Shown here: piece by piece, positions 12,244 to 23,984 of the stretch | Layout: the number at the start of each line of letters is the position of its first letter | Position numbering within the stretch: position 1 is the stretch's first letter | Assembly (NCBI RefSeq): GCF_000143415.4 | Contig: NW_003314270.1 | Span: 1,106,722-1,170,721, forward strand | Reading direction: 5' to 3' | Length of the DNA: 64,000 nt | Origin: Selaginella moellendorffii | Taxonomy: Eukaryota > Plantae > Lycopodiophyta | Position numbers and translations under genes: made by a program | The notes under the pieces: generated by a model | Database searches by the model: none | What the model saw: only the letters and a program-made list of their open reading frames with translations | Told to the model about the DNA's origin: nothing

Positions 12244-12278
12244 GGGGATAAGCTTCACCGTCGAGAGGGAAACAGCCC
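12244..12278 (+). other. 35-bp fragment of plastid-type 23S rRNA gene (tiny NUPT)
   Basis: ggggataagcttcaccgtcgagagggaaacagccc matches the conserved plastid 23S segment GGGGATAAGCTTCATCGTCGAGAGGGAAACAGCCC (recalled) with one T>C. The flanks are not rRNA-like. Confidence 0.75.
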
Positions 12279-12770
12279 TGCCTGTGATGCTGTTCATGCA
12301 ACACAAGGCAAAGTAGCTATGGAACCCTAGAAGTGCATGGTGTAACAGTTATCACCACACCCTCTTCCCTTTTTAACATGCTACCAATTGAGCTGATATG
12401 CAAACCATGGCTACCGACCATGGCCTGGGCCTGGCCCCGACCCCGGCCCAGGATCAGACAGCTTGGGGGTACGGCCCTTCGTTTTTATATATATAGATGA
12501 TGCGTGCTAACGTGGCAGACACGTGTTTGGTCTGGACTATGACATGGTTTCCTCTTTTGTATCCCACGTGAAATATTTGGCTATGGCGGCTCCGATGAGT
12601 TTAGGGATGGGTTCTTGGCGAAGGAATGGCGCCCGAGGTTCGCCTTCCAATTCACATTGTCGCGATCGCCGCGCCAGGTAGGGATTCGTGAGAGCTACCC
12701 GGTCTCGAATTGGATTGGAAATCCTCCGGATCCGTGGAACTAGCAGCGCAGGAAGTTTTCGATCCGAGCT

Positions 12771-14959
12771 ATGGAATCCAGTCGGCGGGCAGTCGAAGCA
12801 TACAGGCGGACTAGGTTAATCGATGGAGTGACCACCGACGATGATAAGGTCGCTCCAGTGTATAAATTGGACGAGATCAGCTCAGTTCTTCGCTCGGCGC
12901 CTCACGACGTTGTCCACGAAATGGTAGAGTATGTCTTCAAGAGATTGGAGCACAAAAGCCCGCTAGTGAAGCAAAAGGTATGCTTTGGTTGTTTTCTTTG
13001 TTCTCTCCAGTTCTTCTCATTGTCTATTCGTTTCTTGCAGACACTGAGATTCATCAAATTCGAAGTTGGAAAATCTGGAACCGAGTTTAAGAGAGAAATC
13101 CAGAGGCAGTCTGCAGCGATACGGCAGCTGTTCCATTATCAAGGTCAGCCCGATTCGCTCCGAGGTGACAGTCTCAACAAGGCGGTTCGTGAGACTGCTC
13201 GCGAGGCCATCACTGCCATGTTTGCGTCCGACGAGAAACCACCGGCTTTGGAGGAAACCAGCAGAAGGATTGAGGGTTTTGGAAGCACGAACTTCGATTC
13301 TAGAGCTTCACAGGAGAAGAAAACGCTTTTAAGCGAGGTGGTCGACATAGGCACCGCGTCTATCAAGCAAGGTTTGACAATGATAAGCAGCCACTATGGT
13401 CACTTTGGCAGCAGCAACGGCACGAAGAGCAAGAGCTCTTCCGGAAGCTACGAGGCTCCAAACTTACGTAGATCGGTATCGGAGCGAGACAACTTTAAGT
13501 ACCGGGATAGCCATCGGGATTCTTATTCTTATAGCGAGAGTCGGGATACTTACAGGGAGACTTACAGAGGAGGAGCTTCTGAGGAGATGTCATACGAGCA
13601 GCCTGATTCTCCAAAGTCCGATGCAGCGGACGAGAAGAGTGAAGACGCCAACGGTTTAACGCAAGAAGAGAAACTCCTGGACACGGTGACGGCTGTCGGT
13701 GGTGTGCGCCTTCAACCAAGCCGCGAAGCGATACAGTCCTTTCTTTTGGCAGCGCAGGTGCTGAATCCTCAGAGGCTGCATCAAGCCTTTGAGCAAAAGC
13801 TACAAGTTCACTCCTGGCAGGTAAGTGGTGAAGTTGGTGTAAACTTTTCGTTCTTGTTCTGATTCAATTGTTTCAAGATAGGTTCGCTTGAAAACTTTGT
13901 GTTTTCTTGAGGCTGTGCTACGTCAGAGAGCAGTGAAACCATTTGGGGATGTCTCACAACGTTTTGAGGCAAACCATGCCAGCGTCATCGACTGTATGGA
14001 TTCGCCACAAAGCTCTCTACGCGAAAAAGCAAACAAGGTATGCTTTTGTTAACTTTTGCGAGACTAACGATGTATCTCCAGGTTCTTAGCTTGCTTCAAA
14101 CTGAAACCGAGGAGGGCTCTCAGGTATTAAACGACGTAAGAAGTCGCCAACCAAAACGCACAGAGCGAGTTGAAATGCCAGATTTGATCGACACAAACGA
14201 CGATGATTCCAGCACTCATCAGAAAGACGAAGTGGATATCCTGAGCTCGTTAACAGAAGCCTCACCAGTCCAGGGCGACTTGCTAGGCGACGGCTTACAC
14301 GAGAACACCGAAACTAACGGAACAAGCAGCCTCTTCGAGGGCCTCAGCATTGCCGAAGAGCCGTCAAAAAAGCCAGCATCAGCCACGAACATCAGTGATC
14401 TACTGGGATCTCTGGACACAGGCACTCCATCGTTTCAGCAACAATCCAACTTAGATCCAGGATTTGGTCAGGATTTCTCCGGGCTTATGGGATTAGAGCC
14501 GCAGCCACAGCAGCAGCAGCAGCAGGGATTGAGTGGAGCTCCACCAAGTTTCGTGTCACCGAGCATTCCCGGGGGTGCCGAGTTCATCATGGCAAACTTC
14601 GACGCTGCGAGACGCTTTGCTCCTCAAGCTCAAGCTCATTATCCAGGAACAGCACCACCACTCTATGGTTTCGGACAAGCACCACCAGCACAGCAGCATC
14701 GCTTCCAGCAGCAACAGGATTTCTCGGGCGGATTTGGCATGGGATTTGGCTCTCAGGGAGCGAGCTTTGCAAGCGACGCGTTCGATTTTTCGAGCCATCC
14801 ATATTCGTTAGCTTCCGCAAGTCTTCCCAGAATGGAGGAGACAACCAAAGCTTTCGACTTCATCTCGGTAAGAAAAAAGAAAATCTCTCTTTTTTCTTCG
14901 TGATTGATTTTCTTTCTTTCCAGGATCATATGAGCGCTGCTCGCACGACGAAGAAATGA
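12771..14959 (+). CDS. MTV1: MTV1 / tepsin-like ENTH(VHS) protein, AP-4 accessory factor in vacuolar trafficking
   Basis: MESSRRAVEAYRRTRLIDGVTTDDDKVAPVYKLDEI...KRLEHKSPLVKQK...LNKAVRETARE matches the MTV1 N-terminus. C-terminus AFDFIS|DHMSAARTTKK*. Four short GT-AG introns. Confidence 0.9.
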
Positions 14960-15126
14960 AGATAAGATTGGTTTATAATAATGGGGTGCTGTATTAATTT
15001 TGATCGAGTTCAATGAAGGATTTGAGATAATCTAATCGGATGACAGAATATTCTCTTGGTATTTTCCGCCATATAATTTGAAACCCCCGTGACAAAAAGA
15101 AGGGCTTGCTTGTTCGCTAGTAAGCT

Positions 15127-17513
15127 ATGGAGCAGCAATGCGTCATCGCGGAGGACGAGCGCGTGCCCGTGAGAGTGAGCTTGGAGAGCGTCTACGGGCA
15201 TGGATCGCTGCTGGACGAGGCGAGATTTCGCTACGCGCGGCTCCGGGCGAGGTTTGCAGAGATCTATGGCAGCGATCCGGATTTCTACGCGCGAGCGCCA
15301 GGTTTTCTTGATATTTTGCTCGATTTGTGGATTGGATTGGCGATTGGCGGCTCCCGGGAATGCAGGTCGAGTGAATCTTATCGGCGAGCACATCGATTAC
15401 GAAGGCTACTCGGTGCTGCCAATGGCAATCCGCCAGGACACGATTGTCGCGATTGGGAGATCCTCGGAAAGCGATGGCTCGCCGGCTCTGCGCGTTGCGA
15501 GTATCGATAGCGAGAAATTTAAGCCGTGCTCCTTTTCGGTTGATCCATCTCAGGTTTGTTGGACTTCTTTTTTGGTATAGAAAGGTTCTTGGTTTCATTG
15601 TCACTGTCCCAGGAAGTGGATCGATTGAATCATACATGGGGGAATTACGTTCTTTGTGGGTATGTAACTTTTTGTTTTAAGAGCCTTTCTAGCTTTTCTT
15701 CAATTTTCCTTTACCTTACAGGTACAAAGGTGTTTTCGAGCACTTGGAATCAAAAAAGATACATCGTAAACCAGACACGGGCCTTAATGTCTTGGTCGAT
15801 GGAACTGTTCCCATGGGTAAAGAATTCTCCCATTTTCAGTTCATGTAGCACAGAGATACAAAGTCCATCTATTACAGGATCCGGATTATCGAGCTCGGCA
15901 GCATTAGTTTGCTCCTCTGCACTTTCTATCATGGCAGCACTTGATCTTTCGTTTACCAAGGTTGCCACAATATTTTTTTCACCGTGTTTGCTTGCTTGCG
16001 CTCAGGATCAGGCCTTTCCAGCTCGTCTGCGTTGGTGTGTGCATCAGTGCTTGCATTCCTGGCCTTATTCGAATTATGTGCTTTCAAGGTTTGAAAATGC
16101 CTGAGATTGCTAGTCCGGAAAAGTGTTACTGCTGTACGCTAACTGTTTGTCCTTGGTTTTTCAGAAGGAAGTCTCAGAATTTGCTTGTACCTGCGAGCGG
16201 CATGTTGGTACGCAATCTGGTGGCATGGATCAGGTAGATTTAGTAGCGCGTTTGTACAGATTTTTTCACGAATGTTTTTTTCTCTGCAGGCCATTTCGAT
16301 CATGGCACAACAAGGCGTTGCAATGCTGATCGATTTTAATCCTATCAAAGCCACAAGCGTTGTACTACCAGCTGGTGGTACCTTCGTAGTTGCGAACTCG
16401 CTTACAGAATCTAACAAGGCTGTGACCGCGGCAACTAATTACAACAATCGAGTTGTTGAGTGCCGTTTGGCTGCGGTAAGTTAAAAGTTTTCCTCTCACG
16501 GTTTTTTTATTGTCCAACGCCTTTTTGCAGATTGTACTCGCTGTGAAGCTAGGGACGGCAGCAGACGAGGCGATTAAATCCGTGTCCACACTGTCTGACG
16601 TAGAAGGCTTGTGCGAGGCGTATGCAACTTCTCGCGACTCGTCCGACTTGTTGCTTGCGATTGAGGTAAAAAAGCGTTTTAGATTTTTGTACCTTACGTT
16701 CGTATAAATCAGGACTTGTTGCATGAGCATCCATACACGACAGAGGAGCTAGAGGAGCTATTAAAACACCCCCTAACTTCAATTTTCCCGAAGGGTTCGA
16801 GCTTCCAAGCTGTACTTTCGGTTGCTAAACAGTTCAAGCTTCACCAGGTACTCAAAATTGTTCTTTCTTATCCATCGACCAGATAATCACGGACGCCTTT
16901 CTGGGGTTGTGTGTAGAGAGCAACGCACGTATACTCGGAAGCAAAACGCGTGTACGCTTTCCGTGACACTGTTTCATCTGGCGCAGGGTACTGTCCTCGT
17001 TGAGTTATCTATGTGAGTGTAGCTTATCTTTTTGTTTTGTTTTTTTTTTTGGGCAGAGAAGAAGAAGCATTGAAACGGCTTGGAAAGCTCATGAACGACA
17101 GCCACACTAGCTGCAGCAAACTCTACGAGTGCAGGTTTACATTCATCACATGTCCCAAAAAGAAGAATTTTTAACTCTTCTCTGTGAATTCCAGTTGCCC
17201 AGAGCTTGAGGAACTCGTTCAAGTGTGTCGATCGGCTGGAGCGCTGGGAGCAAGGCTGACTGGAGCCGGATGGGGCGGCTGCGTGGTGGCTCTGGTACAC
17301 GAAGCATCGGTTCCAGCTTTCATTCTTTCGCTCAAGGCAAGTGTCACATTTTAAAGTTAAAGCTCACACATTTTATTTCATTTTTTCATGCAATTACAGG
17401 AAGGCTTCTACAACTCTCGAATCCAGAAAGGCATCGTCAAGCCCGAATCCCTGGGGCTCTACGTCTTCGCGTCCAAGCCATCCAGTGGAGCCGCCGTGAT
17501 CACCACCATCTAG
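15127..17513 (+). CDS. GAL1: Galactokinase (GHMP kinase)
   Basis: [71 protein letters not shown] and C-terminal [11 protein letters not shown]. Multi-exon. Confidence 0.95.
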
Positions 17514-17560
17514 TAGGCAACAGAGAAAATCAAGAAGCAGCTTTCCTTCTCGTTGTCAAG

Positions 17561-18388
17561 TCACTTCCGCTTCTTCTCGGCCTTTTTCTCGGCCGTGCGA
17601 TCATCCTCCGGGCTGCGGCTGCGGCTGCGCTTCCGGCCGCGCGAGTCCTCATCCGAGCTCTCGGACTCGGACGTGGTGGCATTCCTCCGCCGCTTCCTAC
17701 TCCTCGGCTTCTCATCCTCGGACGACGAAGACGAGGAAGGCGAGGAAGAGCCATCGCCAGAGCTCGACGATGGAGACGGAGACGGCGATCTCCTCTTCCT
17801 CCTTGCTCGGCGACGCTTCCTCTCATCCTCAGACGAGGAGGAAGACGAAGAAGGCGAGGAAGAGGAAGAGCCGCCATCGCTATCGCTCTCCCCCGACTCC
17901 GACGACTCGTAGCGCTTGCTGCGACGTGCCATCTTCTTCTTCTGGCGCCGCCGCCGCCGCTCCATCTCCCGCTCCTTCTCCCGCCGCCGCTCGCGCTTGG
18001 CCACCTTGTCCTGCTCCTTCCGCTCCTTCTCGCCCAAAAACTCCACCACCTCGCTGGCGTCCATGAGCTTGGGCTTGAGCTTGGGGTTTTTGAGCTGCTG
18101 GGAGCGCGAGGGACGGCTCATGTAGATGCGCTCGTTCTTACACTCGTACGTCCAGTGGCGCTGGAAGCACTTCTGGCAGTGGCCCGTGAGCTGCTTGCTG
18201 CCGCCGCCGCCGCCCTCCTTGTTGCGCAGAACGTCTACCGTCACCGGCCGCTCCGTGCTCATGAGATACATCTGGCGCTTGGCCTCCTTGCGCTCCTGCC
18301 ATCGGCTCGGCCCCTCCTCCTTCTGCCCGTAGGCGTTCACGTTGCGCGCCGCCGCCGCCGCGGCCCGCTCTACCTGCACCCTGCTCAT
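17561..18388 (-). CDS. ZCCHC10-like zinc-knuckle protein with RS/acidic low-complexity tail
   Basis: YGQKEEGPSRWQE..EAKRQMYLMSTE and CQKCFQRHWTYECKNERIYMSRPSRSQQLKNPKL, followed by Ser/Arg/Asp-rich tail. Intronless. Confidence 0.85.
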   Translation of the reverse strand: MSRVQVERAAAAAARNVNAYGQKEEGPSRWQERKEAKRQMYLMSTERPVTVDVLRNKEGGGGGSKQLTGHCQKCFQRHWTYECKNERIYMSRPSRSQQLKNPKLKPKLMDASEVVEFLGEKERKEQDKVAKRERRREKEREMERRRRRQKKKMARRSKRYESSESGESDSDGGSSSSSPSSSSSSSEDERKRRRARRKRRSPSPSPSSSSGDGSSSPSSSSSSEDEKPRSRKRRRNATTSESESSDEDSRGRKRSRSRSPEDDRTAEKKAEKKRK

Positions 18389-18661
18389 CCTCCTCCCCCT
18401 CGCCCTAACCTAAGAACCCTAAAAACACTCACTTTAATACCGTACACATTTGAAAAATGTGTACGATATTTCAGGGTTTTGAGTTTTAATACCGTACACG
18501 AAAAACATACTTTTAGGGTTTTGCGTCCCGGAACAAACGGAATATTGCTCTGGTGTAGAATCGTACTTTCGCATATACGTTTAGGGTTTGCGATACAAAA
18601 ATTCTTACACTTTCTTTCCGTACTTTCTCGCACACTGTATATTTCTGTAAGAAGAATAATA

Positions 18662-20963
18662 TCAAGCTTTGGAGAAGTGCTTGACGCCACCACCACCATT
18701 TGCCGGCTGACCACCGCCACCCTTGGTCGTCCACTCCACCAGGCTCTTGAGCTTGCGGCTCTTGCCGTTGGCCACCACCGACGCCGGCGACCAGTTGCTG
18801 TTGTTGCTGCTACTCATCCTGCTGCTGGCGGGCTTATCAATCGATCGCCCAAGCGTCCGGAGCGGGAGATCGAACTCCGAGCTCTCGGCGGTGCCGGTGT
18901 TGTTATCGAAGCTGCTGCCCAAGTTGCTCCCGATCGACTTGGTGGTGAGGGTCCCCAGGCTCCCAGACCCGCCATTTGCGAGAGGAGCGATGGCTATCAC
19001 CTTTGCCGGCGGTCCTTTCTTTGCTCGGGAAGAGCTACTTCTTCCAGTGCTGATGCTGCCGCTGCTGCCGCTGCCGCTGGTGCTGCTGCTACTGCCGCTG
19101 CCACCATCGTCGCCAATCTCACCGCGGCTCTCCGGGGAGCAGTAGATTCTCCTGTCAGTCTTGAGCCTGTGCCACTCGGCCAGCCTTCGCTCCTTGGCCG
19201 AGGCTGCGTCTTTGGTGAGGTCTATCGAGTGGAGATCGTCGTCCAGTGACTCCACCTCCTCGCTCCTCCTCGTCTCGGACTGCTGCTTGAGGCTCTCGCG
19301 CTCCTGCGAGAGCAAGCTGTCGACCGAAGCGCGCAGCATCTCCCCGTCCCTGATATCCGCTTGCTGGCTTGCGTAGTCGCCGTCGTCCAGGACTCTCCTC
19401 CTCACTCTCAGAAACTCCTCCAGCTTGCCTTTGATCTTCTCCACCAAGTCCAGCTTCTCCTGGATCTCGTCTCTCGCCTCGGCCAGCTTCATATGGACGC
19501 GCTCCTCGCGCCACGCCTCGGCCATGTGTAGCATTCGGCGCTCTTCTTCCACTTCCTGCCTTATTCTCAGCGACTCGCGCTTGAGCTCTTCAACTTCTGC
19601 CTTGTCTTCGCCTATCTCTCGAGCCAGCTCGTCGCACACATCCTCCATAAGCTCCCTTGCTTTGCGTTCCTTCTCGAGCTCCTGGAGTACCTTCGAGAGC
19701 GCCATCTTTGCTTCGCCGAGCTCTCTCGACAGTTTCTTGTTAGCCATCTCCATCCTGCGTTTCGACTTGCGCTCTTCATCGGCCTCGTCCCTGACAGACA
19801 GCAAAGCCTGCTTCACCCTGTCCTGCTCCTTCCCAAAAGAGCCCGCTTTGTCGTCCGCTATCTTCTTGAGTAAAGCCTCGATCTCCTTGCGAGCCAATTT
19901 GTTCGCTCCCTCTAGCTCCTTGACTTTGCTACGTGCGACATCAAGTTCCGTCCTTAACGCACTGGCCAGAGCCGCACCGCTGTGCTGCTCTTCCAAGGCG
20001 TGTAACCGCTCAAGAAGCTCGGGGGATGCTGAAAAACCGTCGGGGCTGGCAACAATTTTCGTCTCTGGAGATGCTTGTGACGCCGAATCGCTCTAAAAAA
20101 ACGCTCACGAAGTTAATACACTGCCTAGCTAGAACACATCCAAGTCAAACAACAAAACTGCCCCTGACGAAAAAGAAAAAGAGCCATCGATAAAACCAAA
20201 GGTGGCAAGCAGGAAAGAACAGTATTGCAGGGAAAAAGGGAAAAAAAAGAGCCATGGAACATACCGCATTGTTGCTGTTGCTTTTGGCGATGGAACTCTT
20301 AACCGCAGTCGCTTGCTTGTCCAAGCATCTGTTGATGTGAGACTGCATTGCGGCCAGCTGCCTGTTCGTGTGCGCAATTTTTCCATTTCCATCTGTAGAC
20401 TGCGCAACGAGCAATGTGTCACCAAACCTGATCCAGAAAAATCAGCACAAAAAACAGGATCAAACACACCTACGAGTGAAAACGGAGAGTCATCAAGCTG
20501 GGAAAAATTCGATCTCTACCTTGGCAGCTTCCTCCAGAGCGCTAGCCGTGGACGAAATCGCTGGAGAGGATTTCCTCTTTGCCGGAGGTGGTGGCAGCGA
20601 GAGACTCGACTTTGGAGATTCCGCAGAGCTTCTGGGCGGCGCCGCTGGTGGGCTGCTTGTGGCGGCGGAGTCTGGCGATGCCGCCGGCGATCTGGGCAAT
20701 GGGATCTCCTGGAGCTCCCACAAGCTGGCCGCGAGCTTCCTGGCGGAGACACTGGCCCCGGCTTGGATCACATTGCTGTAGAAAGGATTCTCGTAGAGCT
20801 TCCAGCTGGGAACCGGAGTGGTCGGGCCCCTGTGGGCGCCGCTCACCCCTCGCTTCATGCGTAGGCTCGTCGGCCTCCAAATCGCGGCGATTTCCCTGTC
20901 CCTAGAATCCTTGTGGTGCTGCGGATGCAACGTGATGGATGCCCCGGCCTTGTTCCTTCTCAT
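18662..20963 (-). CDS. BRANCHLESS TRICHOME / At5g41620-like coiled-coil protein
   Basis: TTPVPSWKLYENPFY, SARKLAASLWEL and ELEKERKARELMEDVCDELAREIGEDKAEVEELKRES...EERRMLHMAEAWREERVHMKL. Multi-exon. Confidence 0.85.
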
Positions 20964-21781
20964 GGCTCCAGCTCCAGATGGAGCGAGAGTCGAGAAGAGA
21001 ATCACACTGCTCCCCCGCCAGGACGAGCAAGGGGAAAGGAAGAATAGGGAAGAAGGGATAATCTCCCGATCTCTAGCTCCGGGAGATCGTCTCGGCGCTT
21101 ACCTCCGGCGCGCAAGGGATCAAAATCTTGCTCCTCCAAGAAAATGTAGATCCAAAACCCCTGTCGTGCACATCGCACGGGACAGCACGACGATCCGGCG
21201 CAGAAATTTCACAGCCCAGGACGCATCGATCCAAAACCCCAATAGCGATCGATCGAGGGCGGAGTGGAGATTTGCGCCTCGCGGCAGGAACAAAGGCTTT
21301 AACAAAAGTGCGTACCCGTACGGCACCGCTGCGATCCGACGGCGCAAACCCCGCCACGCAGACGCATCGGGACCGTTAGACAACCTTTACATTGTTTAGG
21401 GCACTTTGCCTCGACAGCTAGCCTTTAAAATTGGCCTTTGGGTGTCCATGTAAAAGTGACAAGTTCACAACCATCACAAAAATTCCCAGCAGCAACAACA
21501 TCACATAAAAAAAGAGGAGGAATAATTATAGGTTAGATCAAGCACCACAAGGTGACGCCACGCAACACACTTACCACAAAAAAATATTCTTATGGTTGAC
21601 CCCACAACATTTTCTCATCGTGCAAATGCCCAACCACATTCTATTGTGCTTGAAACTTCTAGTGTCCACTATGACAAATTTAAATTAAAATAACTTCAAA
21701 TAGTTTTAACTTAAACTTAAGAATGACTATTTAAATATTTACTTTATTTTAATTTTAATTCAAAATTTTCTGCGAGTAAAA

Positions 21782-23833
21782 CTAACTATCTTGGGCATAA
21801 ACATTGGAAAGAAGAACATAAGGAGTAGACACTCTAGGATCCAACTTCACGGCATTTGCAGTAGTCCTGTTTGCTCGCTCCAAATCCCCTAGTGTGGTAC
21901 AAGCTCCCAGCAAATTCGTCCAGGCAAACGTATCGGGCAAATATGGCATGGAATTTATCAAGCTCTCGGCTCTCCAGAGCTGTTTTGCCCGACCCAGCAT
22001 ATCAACCATCGCATAGTAGTGCTCGACCCCAGGATTTAGGTTAAAATCTCCAAGCATCGAAACGAAGTAGTCCCGGCCCTCTTCCAGCAATCCCTTGTGG
22101 CGGCATCCAATGAGAATGGCCATAAATGTCACGTCGTTAGGGCTCACGCCCTGGACATTCATGGCGTGGAAGAGGTCCAGGCCAGCTGAAAGGTGGCCGT
22201 TAAGAGTATATGCCGCGAGCATCGCGTTATACGACACCACGCCGCACGGGCAGATGGAATCGAACGTTTCCCGGGCGTCACGCAGCTGCCCGGCCTTGGC
22301 ATATGCCGCGATCTTCGTGTTCAATGCCGCCACGTGTCCCTCGGGCAGATTCTCCAGCATCTCGAGCTTCCGGTGGAGGATCTCCACGCTGGTGCCTGAG
22401 TATGACGTGGCGGCCAGCACGCGCGACGTGGCGTCGTGCTGCGGCATCCTGTCGTACACCGTGCGGCATTTCGTACTAGCCGAAGAATATGCCTGCAGGA
22501 GTGAGTTCCACGTCAGCAGGTTCCTGGCGGGAATCTTTTCGAATAGGTCCCTTGATTCCAGGATCTTTCCACTCCCGCCAAATCCAACGATCAGAGCGTT
22601 CCATGCTACCACGTCCGTCATGGGCATCCTATCAAACACCGCCACAGCAGCGTCCACATCACCGCCCTGAGAATATGCTGCGAGGATTCCCGTCCAGGAG
22701 AACACATCCCTGGTGGGCATCCTGTCAAACAAAGCCTTGGCTTTGGGAATATCCCCACCCCGGGCATATCCGCACAGCATGGCGCTCCAGGCAATGGAAT
22801 CTTTCTCCTCCATGGAGAAAAAGATGCTCTCCCCATCTTCCACATTCCCTGCCGAAATCATCATGCTACAAGCACTTGTATCCAACATTGGAAACTTGTC
22901 AAAGAAATGCTTACACTCTTGGATATTCCCACCCAGAGAATATGCCACGAGCATTGCCTTCCAAGAAGCAGAATCTCGCTCAGGCATGGAATCAAACACC
23001 CGACGTGCTTCGTCAAGATGCCCGCCTTGGGCAAATGGCACGAGCAATGACGTCCACGTCAGCGTCTCCAGCAGGGGCATTAAGTTAAACAGGCACTTAG
23101 CCTCGTCTAAGCTGCCATTTGCTGCAAATGCCATTATCATCGCGTTCCACGCGATCTCGTCGCGCTGGGGCATGGCATCAAAGAGCATCTTCGCGGAATC
23201 AAAATGCCCGCGCTTAGCGTAGACCGTGAGCATCGTCGTCCACGACGCGCAATCCCTGGAAACCATTCTGCTGAAGAATAGCGTGGATTCCTCCAGATCG
23301 CCGAGAAATGCATAGCCCTTGAGCATCACATTCCACAGCACAAAATCACGCTGCGTCAGTCCATCGAAGATCGCGCGCGCCTTTTCGATTTGCCCAGCAC
23401 GCGCGTAGCCGGAGATCATCGCGGTGGATGATCTTCGATCTCTCAGAGGGAACATCTGGTAGAGGAGCTCGGCCTCCTCCATTTGCCGATTCTGGGCGTA
23501 GGCCGCGATGAGAATCGCCCATGAGCAGCGGTTTGTCCTCAGCCCCAATTGATCGAAGACTTCTTTGGCCTCGATCGCGCTGCCGCATCGCCCATACATC
23601 TCCATGATGGAATTCGCGAGGCATCGTTTCCTGCTGCGATTGCTGCGCCGGATCTGGTCGTGGATGCTCCTCCCTCGCGCGAGATCTCTCTGCCCCGTGC
23701 ACGATTTTAGCAGCTTGGTGAATACCGCGACCTCGTCGTTGTGATCGTCGGGCCCGGGATCCAGCACCGCCGCAGATTCAGTCGAGAGATAGCGTCGAAT
23801 CGAGGGGATGATCCTCCGCCCGCGAGCTCGCAT
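21782..23833 (-). CDS. Intronless PLS-class PPR protein, E-type (no DYW)
   Basis: Organellar-type N-terminus, many ~31-aa repeats, PNDVTFMAILIGCRHKG, HYYAMVDMLGRA and MPYLPDTFAWTNLLGAC. Ends PYVLLSNVYAQDS*. Confidence 0.95.
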   Translation of the reverse strand: MRARGRRIIPSIRRYLSTESAAVLDPGPDDHNDEVAVFTKLLKSCTGQRDLARGRSIHDQIRRSNRSRKRCLANSIMEMYGRCGSAIEAKEVFDQLGLRTNRCSWAILIAAYAQNRQMEEAELLYQMFPLRDRRSSTAMISGYARAGQIEKARAIFDGLTQRDFVLWNVMLKGYAFLGDLEESTLFFSRMVSRDCASWTTMLTVYAKRGHFDSAKMLFDAMPQRDEIAWNAMIMAFAANGSLDEAKCLFNLMPLLETLTWTSLLVPFAQGGHLDEARRVFDSMPERDSASWKAMLVAYSLGGNIQECKHFFDKFPMLDTSACSMMISAGNVEDGESIFFSMEEKDSIAWSAMLCGYARGGDIPKAKALFDRMPTRDVFSWTGILAAYSQGGDVDAAVAVFDRMPMTDVVAWNALIVGFGGSGKILESRDLFEKIPARNLLTWNSLLQAYSSASTKCRTVYDRMPQHDATSRVLAATSYSGTSVEILHRKLEMLENLPEGHVAALNTKIAAYAKAGQLRDARETFDSICPCGVVSYNAMLAAYTLNGHLSAGLDLFHAMNVQGVSPNDVTFMAILIGCRHKGLLEEGRDYFVSMLGDFNLNPGVEHYYAMVDMLGRAKQLWRAESLINSMPYLPDTFAWTNLLGACTTLGDLERANRTTANAVKLDPRVSTPYVLLSNVYAQDS

Positions 23834-23984
23834 TGATCTGCATTTCCCGCTCTAGGGCATTTTGTTCTGTGCCGTTGGATGTAGGGCTCTTCCAGTTTGC
23901 TCCGCTGCCGTTGGATGAGTTTAAACTTTTTCCCGCAATTTTGCGCTTTTAGGGCTGACGCTTTGGATCTAGGGTTTTAGGGCC

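Noticed and set aside
17225-19249. 674-aa plus-strand ORF
   Set aside because: Antisense shadow of two GC-rich low-complexity minus-strand genes plus off-frame GAL1; no domain-like content.
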